This document shows, in pieces, positions 18,305-28,569 of a stretch of 64,000 nucleotides of DNA (its first letter is position 1; each line of letters begins with the position of its first letter). This DNA is from Nanobdellota archaeon. GTDB taxonomy: Archaea > Nanobdellota > Nanobdellia > Pacearchaeales > GW2011-AR1. Made by a program: the position numbers and the translations under genes. The DNA lies in the NCBI GenBank assembly GCA_038045945.1, contig JBBSXC010000003.1, positions 160,001 to 224,000 on the forward strand, read 5' to 3'. Under the pieces are notes generated by a model, which saw nothing but the letters and a program-made list of their open reading frames with translations, ran no database searches and was not told where the DNA came from.

Positions 18305-20319
18305 ATCCTCTTCCTCCTCAACAGGTTAGCATTAGTAACAACTGTTATTGATGAAGCAGCCATAGCAATTTCAGCAATGATAGGGTGAAGAAGACCACTA
18401 ACAGCTAAAGGAATAGCAACAACATTATAAGCAAAAGCCCAGAAAAGGTTTTGCTTAATCTTCTTGAAAGTAGCCTTGCTAAGATTAATAGCATGAACAA
18501 CGCCCATTAGTGAACCTTTAGTAAGGACTAAGTCCCCAGCTTCAATAGCGATATCAGTTCCAGTACCCATGGCGATGCTAACATTCGCTTGTTTTAGTGC
18601 AGGAGCATCATTAATACCATCACCAACAAAAGCAACCATCCCCTTTCTCTGCAATTCTTCAATCTTCCTAGCTTTCTCTTCAGGTAACACGTTAGCTAAA
18701 ACACCTCTAATACCAACCTGTCTAGCAATGGCCTTAGCAGTCTTTTCGTTATCACCAGTAATCATGAAAGTAATGTAACCAGACCTATTAAGAATAGAAA
18801 TAGCTTGAACAGAATCTTCCTTAATAGCATCAGCAACAGCAATAACACCAATAGGTTTAGAATTTTCCACAATAATCATAGTAGTTTTACCCTCACTTTC
18901 AAAAGCGTCAATGTTTTTAGCAATAATACTTACATTGATTTTTTCTTCATTCATGAGCGTTTGGTTACCAATAAGAATTTTTTTCTTACCAATACTTCCC
19001 TGCACTCCTCTACCACGCAATATCTTGAAAGATTTTACTTCTTTGAAGTTTTTAATTCCAGCAGCACTTGCTTTATCAACAATTGCCCTAGCAATTGGGT
19101 GCTCACTTAATTTTTCCAAACTAGCAGCGATCTCAAGCAAGTATTTTTCACCAACAAGAGAATGAATATCAGTAACTTGCGGTTTGCCTTTAGTTATAGT
19201 TCCAGTTTTGTCAAAAGCAACAATCTTAACTTCTTTCATGGTTTGAATAGCCTCACCTTTTCTAATCAAAATACCGTTTTTGGCACCAATACCAGAACCA
19301 ACAGTAAGAGCAATAGGAACAGCCAAACCAAGAGCGCAAGGACAAGCAATAACAAGGACAGCAATGGACGCTGCTAAAGAACGAGTGAGGTCCCCACTAA
19401 AGACCATCCACCCAGCGAAAGTTAGAACAGTAAGAACTAAAATTGATGGAACAAAAATACTGGTTATTTTATCAGCAAGCTTCTGGATAGGAACTTTAGT
19501 TCCACTAGCCTCTTCAACAAGCTTTATTATATGAGCAAGGAAAGTATCAGAACCAACTTTTGTTACTCTAACATAGAGTATTCCATCTTGATTAATAGTT
19601 GCTCCAATAACAGGACTTTTAACAGTTTTATCATTAGGCATACTTTCACCAGTAACCATTGATTCGTCCACTGCACTAGCACCCTTTATGACAACTCCAT
19701 CAGTAGGAATTTTTTCACCAGGCTTAACGACCAAAATGTCACCAACAACCACTTCACTAATATCAATCTCAATCTCCACTTCTTTCTTTCCCTCTTTTCT
19801 TAAAACTCTAGCCTTCTTAGCACCAAGCTCTAAAAGTTTCATTATTTCTCTAGTAGCTCTACCTCTAGCTTTAGCTTCAATATATTTTCCAGTTATGAAT
19901 AATGACATAATCATAGCTGCAACACCAGAATAATCGGCAACAATGCCGAAAAGCGCCCCAAAACCAGTAAGATAAGCGACAACAGTACCAAGAGCGATAA
20001 GAGAATCCATATTAAAATAAAAAGTGAATAATCCCCTAAATCCACCCTTAATAGTACTCCAACCAAAAAAGAATATTACAGGGAAAGCAATAACCAAAGT
20101 GAAAATGATCATTAATTTTTCGTTACTCATCAAAACTTCAAGCTCAAAAATTCTTTGCAAAAACATCAAGATAGCAATAGGTATAGTGAAGAGCCATGCA
20201 CCAAGAATCTTCTTTTTCCAAAGAGCGATTTCCTCATCCTCAACAGGTTTAGAATTATCGTTATGATTCATGCTGGACATTTGACTGCTCTCTATATTAG
20301 AAATTTCATGATTTTCCAT
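18301..20319 (-). CDS. copA: copper-translocating P1B-type ATPase
   Basis: TGES, CPC, DKTGT, HP, GDGIND, YN and MAASS motifs; no fused HMA domain. Confidence 0.95.
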   Translation of the reverse strand: MENHEISNIESSQMSSMNHNDNSKPVEDEEIALWKKKILGAWLFTIPIAILMFLQRIFELEVLMSNEKLMIIFTLVIAFPVIFFFGWSTIKGGFRGLFTFYFNMDSLIALGTVVAYLTGFGALFGIVADYSGVAAMIMSLFITGKYIEAKARGRATREIMKLLELGAKKARVLRKEGKKEVEIEIDISEVVVGDILVVKPGEKIPTDGVVIKGASAVDESMVTGESMPNDKTVKSPVIGATINQDGILYVRVTKVGSDTFLAHIIKLVEEASGTKVPIQKLADKITSIFVPSILVLTVLTFAGWMVFSGDLTRSLAASIAVLVIACPCALGLAVPIALTVGSGIGAKNGILIRKGEAIQTMKEVKIVAFDKTGTITKGKPQVTDIHSLVGEKYLLEIAASLEKLSEHPIARAIVDKASAAGIKNFKEVKSFKILRGRGVQGSIGKKKILIGNQTLMNEEKINVSIIAKNIDAFESEGKTTMIIVENSKPIGVIAVADAIKEDSVQAISILNRSGYITFMITGDNEKTAKAIARQVGIRGVLANVLPEEKARKIEELQRKGMVAFVGDGINDAPALKQANVSIAMGTGTDIAIEAGDLVLTKGSLMGVVHAINLSKATFKKIKQNLFWAFAYNVVAIPLAVSGLLHPIIAEIAMAASSITVVTNANLLRRKRI

Positions 20320-20325
20320 TTTTTA

Positions 20326-20544
20326 TTATTGAATTTTAATATCAGTAGCGGAATAACCTGTCCTTTTTACAGCATCTGCAAGCTGTGCCGCACTGACTGA
20401 ATCATCCATCTCTACTGTTGCTTTCTTAAATAACAAGCTGACCGTCGCACCCTTTATGCCGCCAACTTTCTTTAAGCTCTTCTCAATATTTGATGAGCAT
20501 GAAGCACAGTGCATTCCACTAATCATTATAGTTGCTTTCTTCAT
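20326..20544 (-). CDS. copZ: heavy-metal (copper) chaperone
   Basis: GMHCASC HMA motif. Confidence 0.9.
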   Translation of the reverse strand: MKKATIMISGMHCASCSSNIEKSLKKVGGIKGATVSLLFKKATVEMDDSVSAAQLADAVKRTGYSATDIKIQ

Positions 20545-20903
20545 TTTTTCACACCTCCGTTTAATATGTGTATGCAGTACTGGGACATGTGCTTATCAAT
20601 CAAAGACATTAAAGGCTTAATCGTCTCACCATTAAGAGAGTACTCTCTAAATTTACCATTAACATCTACTTTAACAAAACCACACTTCTTAAGGCGAGAC
20701 AGATCATGACTAACAGCAGTCTGATCCATCTTTAATTCTCCAATAATTTGAGAAACATTTTTCTTACCATCACGTAAAAGATTAATTATTTTTAAACGAG
20801 AATCAGAAACAAGAGTGCCAAAGAATATTTTGTAAGCATCAAAAACTTCGTCACTGTCAAAACCCTCTTTATGACAGGAATGTAGTATGTTCTTATTTAT
20901 CAT
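20541..20903 (-). CDS. ArsR/SmtB family metalloregulator
   Basis: SRLKIINLL, QTAVSHDL..L...G.V; N-terminal HSCH and C-terminal H...YC.H. Confidence 0.9.
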   Translation of the reverse strand: MINKNILHSCHKEGFDSDEVFDAYKIFFGTLVSDSRLKIINLLRDGKKNVSQIIGELKMDQTAVSHDLSRLKKCGFVKVDVNGKFREYSLNGETIKPLMSLIDKHMSQYCIHILNGGVKK

Positions 20904-20929
20904 ATGAGTATAACAAACATATGAGTATA
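20901..20929. promoter_or_regulatory. putative ArsR operator overlapping the promoter and start codon
   Basis: CATATGAGTATA at 20901-20912 and 20918-20929 (also forms a CATATG-N11-CATATG dyad), resembling SmtB/CadC ATATGA boxes. Confidence 0.65.
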
Positions 20930-20954
20930 TAAATGTTTGGGGGAAGACTAATAA

Positions 20955-21791
20955 CTAATTTTTATTCTCTCCGTTCCCATTATGACATATGCATCCTGCT
21001 TCATAATGTAACCTCTTAACTTTTGCTGCATCTATGCCAGTCTTAATTACTATTTCCTCAACACTTAATTTTAGTAAGTCCCCAGCTAACATTAACCCGG
21101 CGTTTCCTAACTTATCAATTATCGCCCCCCTAGCTGATTGGAGTATTGTTACAGGATAAAGCTTTTTTTCTTCTATTAATGACTGGATGCTATTAGTGAG
21201 AGGATAATTCCAAGAAGTAATCCTCATACCCACACCTTCACCATAAGCAATAGCATCTGAGGAAAACTTAGTGTTGGAAACAAGCCAAGGACCATCAAAA
21301 AACTTTTTTAGATCCAAAAACCTAGCATAAGTATAAAGTGTTGCTTTAACATCAGTGTATATCCCAGGCTGATTATGATACTTACACTCAATCATGAAAC
21401 GCTTATTAGTCTTAGGCTCCTTAGCTGCAACATCAACCTCATGATTAACATTTTTTCCGGGCATTATCTGATTAATCTTAGTTTCATAACCATAATTTCT
21501 CAGCACTTCTGCGAAGAACTTTTCGAAAGCAAAACCAGCAGGACCTAAGGTCATAACTGCTTGTTTAAGATTATACCTCATAGCTATTTCTGGCCTATCA
21601 CCAAGCTTCTTTAAAGCTACTTTTAGTATCTCTTTTGTTGTTGAACCATCATATAACTCTCCTTCTATCTGTTTTACTATTCCCCTTGCATGTTCAGTAT
21701 CACTCCCAGCTCTTATTAAAGAATTAATTATCTTGTTACGATTATACTTAACCCTTTCACCATTAGCTTTTATAACCCAATAAATAGACAT
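20955..21791 (-). CDS. ATP-cone plus Mrr-type restriction endonuclease domain protein
   Basis: VIKANG..VKYN..KI ATP cone; FEKF, HEVDV...IECKYH PD-(D/E)xK core. Confidence 0.85.
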   Translation of the reverse strand: MSIYWVIKANGERVKYNRNKIINSLIRAGSDTEHARGIVKQIEGELYDGSTTKEILKVALKKLGDRPEIAMRYNLKQAVMTLGPAGFAFEKFFAEVLRNYGYETKINQIMPGKNVNHEVDVAAKEPKTNKRFMIECKYHNQPGIYTDVKATLYTYARFLDLKKFFDGPWLVSNTKFSSDAIAYGEGVGMRITSWNYPLTNSIQSLIEEKKLYPVTILQSARGAIIDKLGNAGLMLAGDLLKLSVEEIVIKTGIDAAKVKRLHYEAGCICHNGNGENKN

Positions 21792-21854
21792 ATTTTTATC
21801 ACCAGATTTATAAAATTGGTATATGATTATTAGTTTATATAACTAATGATTAGA

Positions 21855-21907
21855 ACTTTAACACATAAAAATTTCTAAAAGAAATTTTGTGGCTCAAAAA
21901 TTCAAAC
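21855..21907. repeat. palindromic intergenic element, copy 3
   Basis: CTTTAACACATAAAAATTTCTAAAAGAAATTTTGTGGCTCAAAAATTCAAAC matches the pilin upstream element. Confidence 0.7.
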
Positions 21908-21909
21908 CA

Positions 21910-23106
21910 TCAAAATTTTTGGACTTCTGCTTCTTTTACTGCTTCTTGCACTAATTCTTCTTTCTTATCAATTCTTTCTTCAGCAAGCATTATTTCACTT
22001 AAACTTGCATGAGTTTGAGGACTTTTAGCAATCATGAAAGAACAACAATCATTCCCTGGAATTATTGAAGTATCAAAAGTACCTAATTTCTTAGCCATAG
22101 TAACAGTTTCTTCTTTATTAGTGCCTATTAGTGGAGAAAGAACAGGCAAGACCGAAGCATCATTAATACAAATAAGATTATCAAGAGTTTGAGAAGCAAC
22201 CTGAGCAACAGAGTCACCAGTAACAACTGCCTTAGCATGCTCCTTAGCAGCAACCAAATTAAGAATCTTCATCATGAAACGACGATAAACAATCATCCTA
22301 AGCTTAGGATCAACAGACATAATAATATGCTTCTGAATCTTATCAAAAGGAACAATGTACAAATAAGTATTAACACCAGGCTGATAAGAAGAAATAATTT
22401 TAGATAAAGAAATAATTTTATCCTTAACAACAGCTCCCTGAACACTATTATTATGAATGTGCACTAGAATAGCTCTACAACCACGCCTCATTATCATACA
22501 TGTTGCAACTGGTGAATCAATACCACCAGATAAAGAAACAACAACTCTACCGCTAGGACCTGTAGGCAAACCACCAACACCCAAAAACTTATCAACATAA
22601 ATATAAGAATCTTTTTCTGAAATCTCAACATAGACTGTTATTTGCGGATTCTTCAAATTAACACTTACAGGACCCTTAATGTTTGAGTCACCATTATAAT
22701 GATCTAGAATTTTCTCACCTAACAACCTGTCAATATCATCAGATTTAAGAGGAAACTTCTTATTAGTCCTTTTGGAAGAAACCTTAAAAGTAATAAACTT
22801 TTTTGTGTCAAGTATCATTAAAGACTTCTTAATAATCTTATCAATGTCCAACTCCTCTTTGTAACAAGGAGAAAAGTTTACTATACCAGGAGTTTTTGAC
22901 AAAGTACTCATTATTGCTTCTATACCAGCACCTTTTTTTAAGTCAACAATTATTTTACCATAAAGCTTCCTCAAAGTCCCCTCAGATTTAGGCAAAGACT
23001 TCTTAATATTCATAACTAGCGCATCCTCAAAGTCTTTACGGTTTCCCGCCTTAAGAGCTATCTCCGAGTAATGAACAACGATAGAGTCCGGTATAATTAT
23101 AGTCAT
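21910..23106 (-). CDS. thiI: tRNA 4-thiouridine synthase (THUMP + PP-loop, no rhodanese)
   Basis: YSEIALKAGNR, GGLP.G, LSGGIDSPVA, TGDS..QVASQTL, DCC. Confidence 0.93.
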   Translation of the reverse strand: MTIIIPDSIVVHYSEIALKAGNRKDFEDALVMNIKKSLPKSEGTLRKLYGKIIVDLKKGAGIEAIMSTLSKTPGIVNFSPCYKEELDIDKIIKKSLMILDTKKFITFKVSSKRTNKKFPLKSDDIDRLLGEKILDHYNGDSNIKGPVSVNLKNPQITVYVEISEKDSYIYVDKFLGVGGLPTGPSGRVVVSLSGGIDSPVATCMIMRRGCRAILVHIHNNSVQGAVVKDKIISLSKIISSYQPGVNTYLYIVPFDKIQKHIIMSVDPKLRMIVYRRFMMKILNLVAAKEHAKAVVTGDSVAQVASQTLDNLICINDASVLPVLSPLIGTNKEETVTMAKKLGTFDTSIIPGNDCCSFMIAKSPQTHASLSEIMLAEERIDKKEELVQEAVKEAEVQKF

Positions 23107-23158
23107 AAAAATAGAAGAAAATAAGGTTATTTAAAGGTACATACTTATTATTTAGAAA

Positions 23159-24400
23159 ATGAGAACTCGCAGTAACATCATCCACTGGGTCTTGTACGAC
23201 TTTGCTAATTCCCTAGTATCAATAGTGTTCTTCCTTTATTTTTCTCAATGGGCAGTCATTGACAGAGGAATAAGCGACCTAAACTTCAACTTAACATTCA
23301 CAATATCAGCACTACTATTACTAATAAGCGTTCCTTCAACAGGAATACTACTTGACAAACATTGGAGAAGAATAACAGGTCTAAGAATAACAACGACTTT
23401 CGCAGCAATATTTTACGGAACTTGCGCAATCATGGCAATAAACAACAATAATACTGGAGCAATAATATTCTTCACATTAGGACTATACTCATACTTATTA
23501 TCATTCACATTTTACACACCACTAATAAACGATATATCAACAAAAGAAAACATTGGAAAAATATCAGGATGGGGTATCTTCGCTAATTACCTAGGACAAA
23601 TAGCAGGACTACTATTAGTACTACCAATATCAAAAGGAACAATAAGCCTCTTTGGAGGATCAGCAAGAGCAGAAACACTCCTGCCAGCAGTAATAGCATT
23701 CTTCATACTATCCCTACCAATGCTAATATTCTTCAAAGAACCTAAAAAAAATAAACCGACAAACAAAGAAGGATTCTTAGAACACATGAAAAACACAATA
23801 TTTGAAACTAAAAAACTCTTAGCAATTAAGAGTGTTGGGTTATTCTTACTTGCCTACTTTTTGTTTAATGACGCAATACTAACAGCAGTGAATAATTTCG
23901 GAATATTCTTAGAACAAGTATGGCACGTATCTGACACGACTAAAACCTTCATGCTACTAGGAATAATGATAACATCAGCAATTGGAGCATTAATATCTGG
24001 CAGAATTGCCGACAAGTACGGACACAAAAAAACACTTATGTATGTACTAATAATTTGGGCAGTAGTATTCCCATTCATCGGACTTATTCAAAGCTTTAAC
24101 TGGTTCATAGTCGCATGCGTCATTATGGGCTTAGCTTTCGGCGCTAACTGGACAGTTAGCAGATCAGTAATGTCTTACATATCACGCGATGGAAAACACA
24201 ACTTAGCATTCGGATACTTCGGACTAGCAGAAAGAGCAAGCTCACTACTAGGACCAATAGTATGGGGCCTGGTAGTTGGAGGACTAATAAACTTAGGCGG
24301 AACAAGATACAGAATAGCAATATCAGCACTAACAATATTCATAATACTAGGACTAATAGCACTAAGAAAAGTAAGAAGCGATAAAGAAAAACTATTTTAA
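23159..24400 (+). CDS. MFS transporter (UMF1/Atg22-like)
   Basis: W.LYDFANS, about 12 TMs, GRIADKYG. Confidence 0.88.
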   Translation: MRTRSNIIHWVLYDFANSLVSIVFFLYFSQWAVIDRGISDLNFNLTFTISALLLLISVPSTGILLDKHWRRITGLRITTTFAAIFYGTCAIMAINNNNTGAIIFFTLGLYSYLLSFTFYTPLINDISTKENIGKISGWGIFANYLGQIAGLLLVLPISKGTISLFGGSARAETLLPAVIAFFILSLPMLIFFKEPKKNKPTNKEGFLEHMKNTIFETKKLLAIKSVGLFLLAYFLFNDAILTAVNNFGIFLEQVWHVSDTTKTFMLLGIMITSAIGALISGRIADKYGHKKTLMYVLIIWAVVFPFIGLIQSFNWFIVACVIMGLAFGANWTVSRSVMSYISRDGKHNLAFGYFGLAERASSLLGPIVWGLVVGGLINLGGTRYRIAISALTIFIILGLIALRKVRSDKEKLF

Positions 24401-25039
24401 AACTTTTCCTGTTTCTAAATACCATAGGCATAAGTCTAACTCTGAAAGACTCATATTTAGCTTACTGGCAAGTTCTCGTAAAACTTTTTCAACAAGCAAA
24501 TAACGATTCTTATTAAGGCCTTTTTTTCTAACAATACCACTACCCTCTAACATTTTATGCTCATTAAGGATGTCAATAATGTGAAAATCAACAATAGCGT
24601 AATCACGAAAACCAATATTCCTCAAAAAGTGTGATGACTCCTTAAGACCAAGGCCTTTAACGTTATCAACAAACCAATCCCTCAACTCAAGACCTGACTT
24701 TTCATTAATTATCCTCTTAATATGAGGTAAGTGTTTCCTAGCAAGAACAATCCTTTCAGCCCTCTGAGGCCAAAACCTATGACCCATAAACTTAAGTTTT
24801 TTAGCAAGTTCATCCTCACTCATAGTAAGAAATCCTTCACCCAGCTCTTTTTGAATAATCAAGGACTTTTCAGCCTGAAAATTAGCGGTCATCAAACAAA
24901 AAGCAAGCTCTAAGAACAAGTCCTCATTAGAAGCCTTGTCAGAAAGAAAATAATCAAATTCTTTAAGACGACCATCAATAACTTTCCTAATAGGAGTATT
25001 ATCTAGAGATTTAACCTTATCAATAATCATTTGCATCAA
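24392..25039 (-). CDS. ogg: 8-oxoguanine DNA glycosylase/AP lyase (Ogg2 type)
   Basis: HhH VKGLGLKESSHFLRNIG, AIVDFHI, LWYLETGKVLK. Confidence 0.92.
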   Translation of the reverse strand: MMQMIIDKVKSLDNTPIRKVIDGRLKEFDYFLSDKASNEDLFLELAFCLMTANFQAEKSLIIQKELGEGFLTMSEDELAKKLKFMGHRFWPQRAERIVLARKHLPHIKRIINEKSGLELRDWFVDNVKGLGLKESSHFLRNIGFRDYAIVDFHIIDILNEHKMLEGSGIVRKKGLNKNRYLLVEKVLRELASKLNMSLSELDLCLWYLETGKVLK

Positions 25040-25087
25040 TAATAATTATGAGTAATAACTTAAAAAGTTAATTATTAAGAAAAAAAT

Positions 25088-25771
25088 TTATTGCGAAGAA
25101 CCATCATAACTTTGCGTGTCAAACATACCTAAACTTTCACCCTCACCATAACCCATAACCATTTGTGAACCAGAACCTTTAGGGCTAATACCTAAACCAA
25201 TGAATGGGCTTTTACCACCGCTACTTTCTGATTCTTTATTAAAAAGAAGAGTATAATTCTGAGTTTGAATTCCCATAGAAGCAAAATATTCAGGGGTTAA
25301 ATCACCAAGTTGACCTATAGTCCAACCTTTATCTAAAGCAGCAAGTTTATACCAGTCATAAACAGTTTTTGCAGAATCATCAGAAACAGACTCAATAATT
25401 ATGAATCCAGCAGCCGTGAAAAAAGAGTTCTTTAGAGAATCATAATTTTCAAAAGTCCTAATATCAGTAACACAAAGTATTTTTTGGTTAGGATAAAGAG
25501 GTATGTCAGAACGAAAATCGCTAGGCAAGTTTGTGCCAAAAGGACAGTCAGAGTCAACCTTTAAGGGTAAATTATTGATAGGATTAACACCAGGGTTTGA
25601 ACTATTAAGATTATTCCAATAAAAGAATCCCCCAGCAGCAATTAACAAAATAACCGTTCCAATAATAACAAAGACAATTTTTTTACTACCGCCAACTGTT
25701 GGAGCAGAAGGATAAGAACCATCTTGGTTCATAGAATTGTTAACTTCTTGGTTGTTATAATCATCACCCAT
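25088..25771 (-). CDS. single-TM membrane-anchored hypothetical protein
   Basis: One TM; LP.DF.SDIPLYP and WY......GW motifs. Confidence 0.7.
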   Translation of the reverse strand: MGDDYNNQEVNNSMNQDGSYPSAPTVGGSKKIVFVIIGTVILLIAAGGFFYWNNLNSSNPGVNPINNLPLKVDSDCPFGTNLPSDFRSDIPLYPNQKILCVTDIRTFENYDSLKNSFFTAAGFIIIESVSDDSAKTVYDWYKLAALDKGWTIGQLGDLTPEYFASMGIQTQNYTLLFNKESESSGGKSPFIGLGISPKGSGSQMVMGYGEGESLGMFDTQSYDGSSQ

Positions 25772-25802
25772 GAGTTTTATTAATGATAAGAGTATTTAAT
25801 TC

Positions 25803-26480
25803 TTATGATTTATCCTTTATTTCTCTAACAACGCCCATTATTTCTGAAGAAAAATCGCCAGGGCCTATAGCAATAACTTTACTATCACCCTTAACATAAG
25901 CGGATAATAACTCTTTGTTTACACGACTATTAACATAACCCTTAACTTCTTGACGAGTTATAAGGAGAACAAGATTTTTAGGGCATGAGGAAAAAATACT
26001 TTTTATTTCATCTTCCAAAATAATATCTTCTTTAGTCTTATTAGAATAAATTAACACAACATTTTTTATTTCATTTCCCCTATCGTCTTTAAGACTTCTT
26101 AGCAGAGATAAAAATTTAGTTATCCCCGAACCAGCAGCTATGAATAAATGATTATTGTACTTTTCAGGCTTATAATCAAGATTGCCAAATGGCCTGCTAA
26201 CAAGTAAATAATCACCAATTTTTAGTTTGTCCATAGCCTTAGTAACCCCCTCTCTCTCATTATAGATCTTAATTATTAATTCTAAATAGTTATCATTAGG
26301 CTTTGATGAGATAGTAAACTCTCTAGGTTTATCCCTCCAAGAATCATCATCAATAGCTGTAAACATTGATTGTCCAGAAACAAAAAAGTAGTTTTCAGGC
26401 TTTTCAATTATGAAACTCTTAGTATCATGAGTAAGACTCTTTATGCCTAAAATCTTAACTTTTCTTAGTATTATATCCAT
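25803..26480 (-). CDS. FAD/NAD(P)-binding oxidoreductase (FNR family)
   Basis: REFTISS, GVT, AAGSGIT, YSNKT, GP. Confidence 0.88.
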   Translation of the reverse strand: MDIILRKVKILGIKSLTHDTKSFIIEKPENYFFVSGQSMFTAIDDDSWRDKPREFTISSKPNDNYLELIIKIYNEREGVTKAMDKLKIGDYLLVSRPFGNLDYKPEKYNNHLFIAAGSGITKFLSLLRSLKDDRGNEIKNVVLIYSNKTKEDIILEDEIKSIFSSCPKNLVLLITRQEVKGYVNSRVNKELLSAYVKGDSKVIAIGPGDFSSEIMGVVREIKDKS

Positions 26481-26600
26481 GATTTTAAAATAATGAGAAC
26501 GAGTTATAAAACTATTGTTTTAAAAAATTCAAACAACTAACACCATTAAGAAAAATCCTTCATAAAAAAAACACAAAATAAAAATAAAAATTTTGTTTTT

Positions 26601-27362
26601 TTATTGAACTTCTCCTATTACTTGCTCAAGACCTGCAGGGCTATTAGCGCTTCTCTTACTGTTGTAAGGTACAGCTCCAGAAACTACTCCAGTCTTTCCG
26701 TTCTTATTATTAATAACGACAAAGTATGGTGTTCCTTGACCCCCAGCGATTATTGCTTCTTGAGTATCGCTTGAGACCTTATCAGCAGCTTCATCATTGT
26801 CAAGGCACTTGTTGAAAGTAGCAGTGTTTAATCCTACTGTTTCAGCATAAACCTTTAGTGATGAAATGCCTAACTTATCTTGATTTTCGAATAATAAATC
26901 ATGGTATTCCCAGAAATTATCATTACCTTGGTTGAATGCGCATAAGCTTGCCTCAGCAGCCTTTTGAGCGCTAGGGTGTATTTGTGTTAATGGGAATTGT
27001 TTAAAGACCAAATTAACATCACCATTCTTAAAATATTCGCTTCCTTTAAAATCAGATATTGGTCCTAAGTATGCTCTAGCACAGAAAGGGCACTCAAAAT
27101 CGGAGAATTCTACTATACTAACAGCAGCGTTAGCACTTCCAAGAACAGGGTCCTTGTCAGTTATACTAATTTGTAGTTCACTAGTATCAACACTTCCTGA
27201 ATCGTCATTATTACCAGGGTTTGATCCTCCACTCCACATTCCAAATCCTCCAGTAAATAGAGAAATAACGAATAATACTGCTAATACAGCAACAGCTCCT
27301 TTCCAAAGAGTGTCTTTCTTAATAGTTAAAGTTTCATTCTTATGTTGTTCGTGTTCAGTCAT
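26601..27362 (-). CDS. DsbA-like thioredoxin-fold membrane protein
   Basis: TM anchor, EFSDFECPFC, FPL..IH, GTP. Confidence 0.9.
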   Translation of the reverse strand: MTEHEQHKNETLTIKKDTLWKGAVAVLAVLFVISLFTGGFGMWSGGSNPGNNDDSGSVDTSELQISITDKDPVLGSANAAVSIVEFSDFECPFCARAYLGPISDFKGSEYFKNGDVNLVFKQFPLTQIHPSAQKAAEASLCAFNQGNDNFWEYHDLLFENQDKLGISSLKVYAETVGLNTATFNKCLDNDEAADKVSSDTQEAIIAGGQGTPYFVVINNKNGKTGVVSGAVPYNSKRSANSPAGLEQVIGEVQ

Positions 27363-27429
27363 TTGTATATTTTTTACCTCCTTTCAATAAATTGATCGTG
27401 ATAATAATTGTTAATAAGGCTTTAAATCA

Positions 27430-28059
27430 TTAACGCTTAACTGCTTTGTTATAATACTCATTAACTTTTTCCCAATTAATAATGTTAAAAAAAGCCTTTA
27501 TGTAATCAGCACGCATATTCCTATACTTCAAATAATAAGCGTGTTCCCATAAGTCTAAGCATAATACTGGTTGCTCTTTATTACTTATAGGGCTGTCTTG
27601 ATTAGCACTATTAGTTATTTCTAGTTCGCCTTGCGAGTTTACTACTAGCCAAGTCCACCCACTGCCAAAAAATGTGCTTGATGCAGTAGTGAACTGTTCA
27701 ACAAACTTATCTAAGTTGCCAAACTTTTTGTTTATTGCTTTAATAACATCTAAACTTATGCTTGGTTTTACATCTTTTCTTAGAATAGTCCAAAAAAATG
27801 CGTGGTTGTAGTGTCCCCCACCAAAATTCTTAATTCCCTTCAATGCATCCTTAGGAACTGTGGATAAATCTTTTAGTAAAGTGAAAGGGTTACTTCCAAG
27901 CTGATTTTTTTCTGATACTTCTCTAAATTTATCAGCGTAAGTTTTGTGATGTTTTCCATGATGGATTTTCATGGTTTCTCCATCCATGTAAGGCTCTAAA
28001 GCATCATAATTATAAGGTAAAGCTGGTAATTCGTAGTTTAGTTCTTCAACATTATACAT
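27430..28059 (-). CDS. sod: Fe/Mn superoxide dismutase
   Basis: HHGKHH, NH..FW, FGSGW, DLWEHAYY. Confidence 0.96.
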   Translation of the reverse strand: MYNVEELNYELPALPYNYDALEPYMDGETMKIHHGKHHKTYADKFREVSEKNQLGSNPFTLLKDLSTVPKDALKGIKNFGGGHYNHAFFWTILRKDVKPSISLDVIKAINKKFGNLDKFVEQFTTASSTFFGSGWTWLVVNSQGELEITNSANQDSPISNKEQPVLCLDLWEHAYYLKYRNMRADYIKAFFNIINWEKVNEYYNKAVKR

Positions 28060-28166
28060 AGTTTACTCTTGAGCATTTTAGTTTATAAGGATTATGAAAG
28101 AAGAGTTTTTATTAGTATATTAACAAGTCAATAAATGCTTAAATAAGCAAATATTGTCATTTCTAG

Positions 28167-28556
28167 ATGGCTGACTCAAAATTTCAAGGAAAACTAGAAG
28201 ACTTACCAGCATATAGAGAATTTCCAAGAGCTGATGGAACTAAAGGCAGATATCATGCAGAAATATTTGAAACCGCAACAATAAGACTAAGAGAAGCACC
28301 AGGAGCAAGACATATTCCAGAAATTTATGTAGGAGTAATCGGACGTAATCCTAAAAGAGAAAGTTTATATCTAGCTACAGAATCAATGATAATAGGTGGA
28401 AGAAGATATGCTCACCCAACAGGAATAAGAGAAGTGCCAATTTTTGAAGTAGATTCGTACACAGTTATGGATGATAAATCCACAAGGACAGTACACCCCA
28501 TAACTACCGATGAGCTAAGAAGAAAAAGAAAAGAGTTTGTACCAGAAAAAGATTAA
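28167..28556 (+). CDS. hypothetical protein
   Basis: 129-aa ORF with upstream TTAAATA box. Confidence 0.6.
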   Translation: MADSKFQGKLEDLPAYREFPRADGTKGRYHAEIFETATIRLREAPGARHIPEIYVGVIGRNPKRESLYLATESMIIGGRRYAHPTGIREVPIFEVDSYTVMDDKSTRTVHPITTDELRRKRKEFVPEKD

Positions 28557-28569
28557 TATTTTTTAAGAA

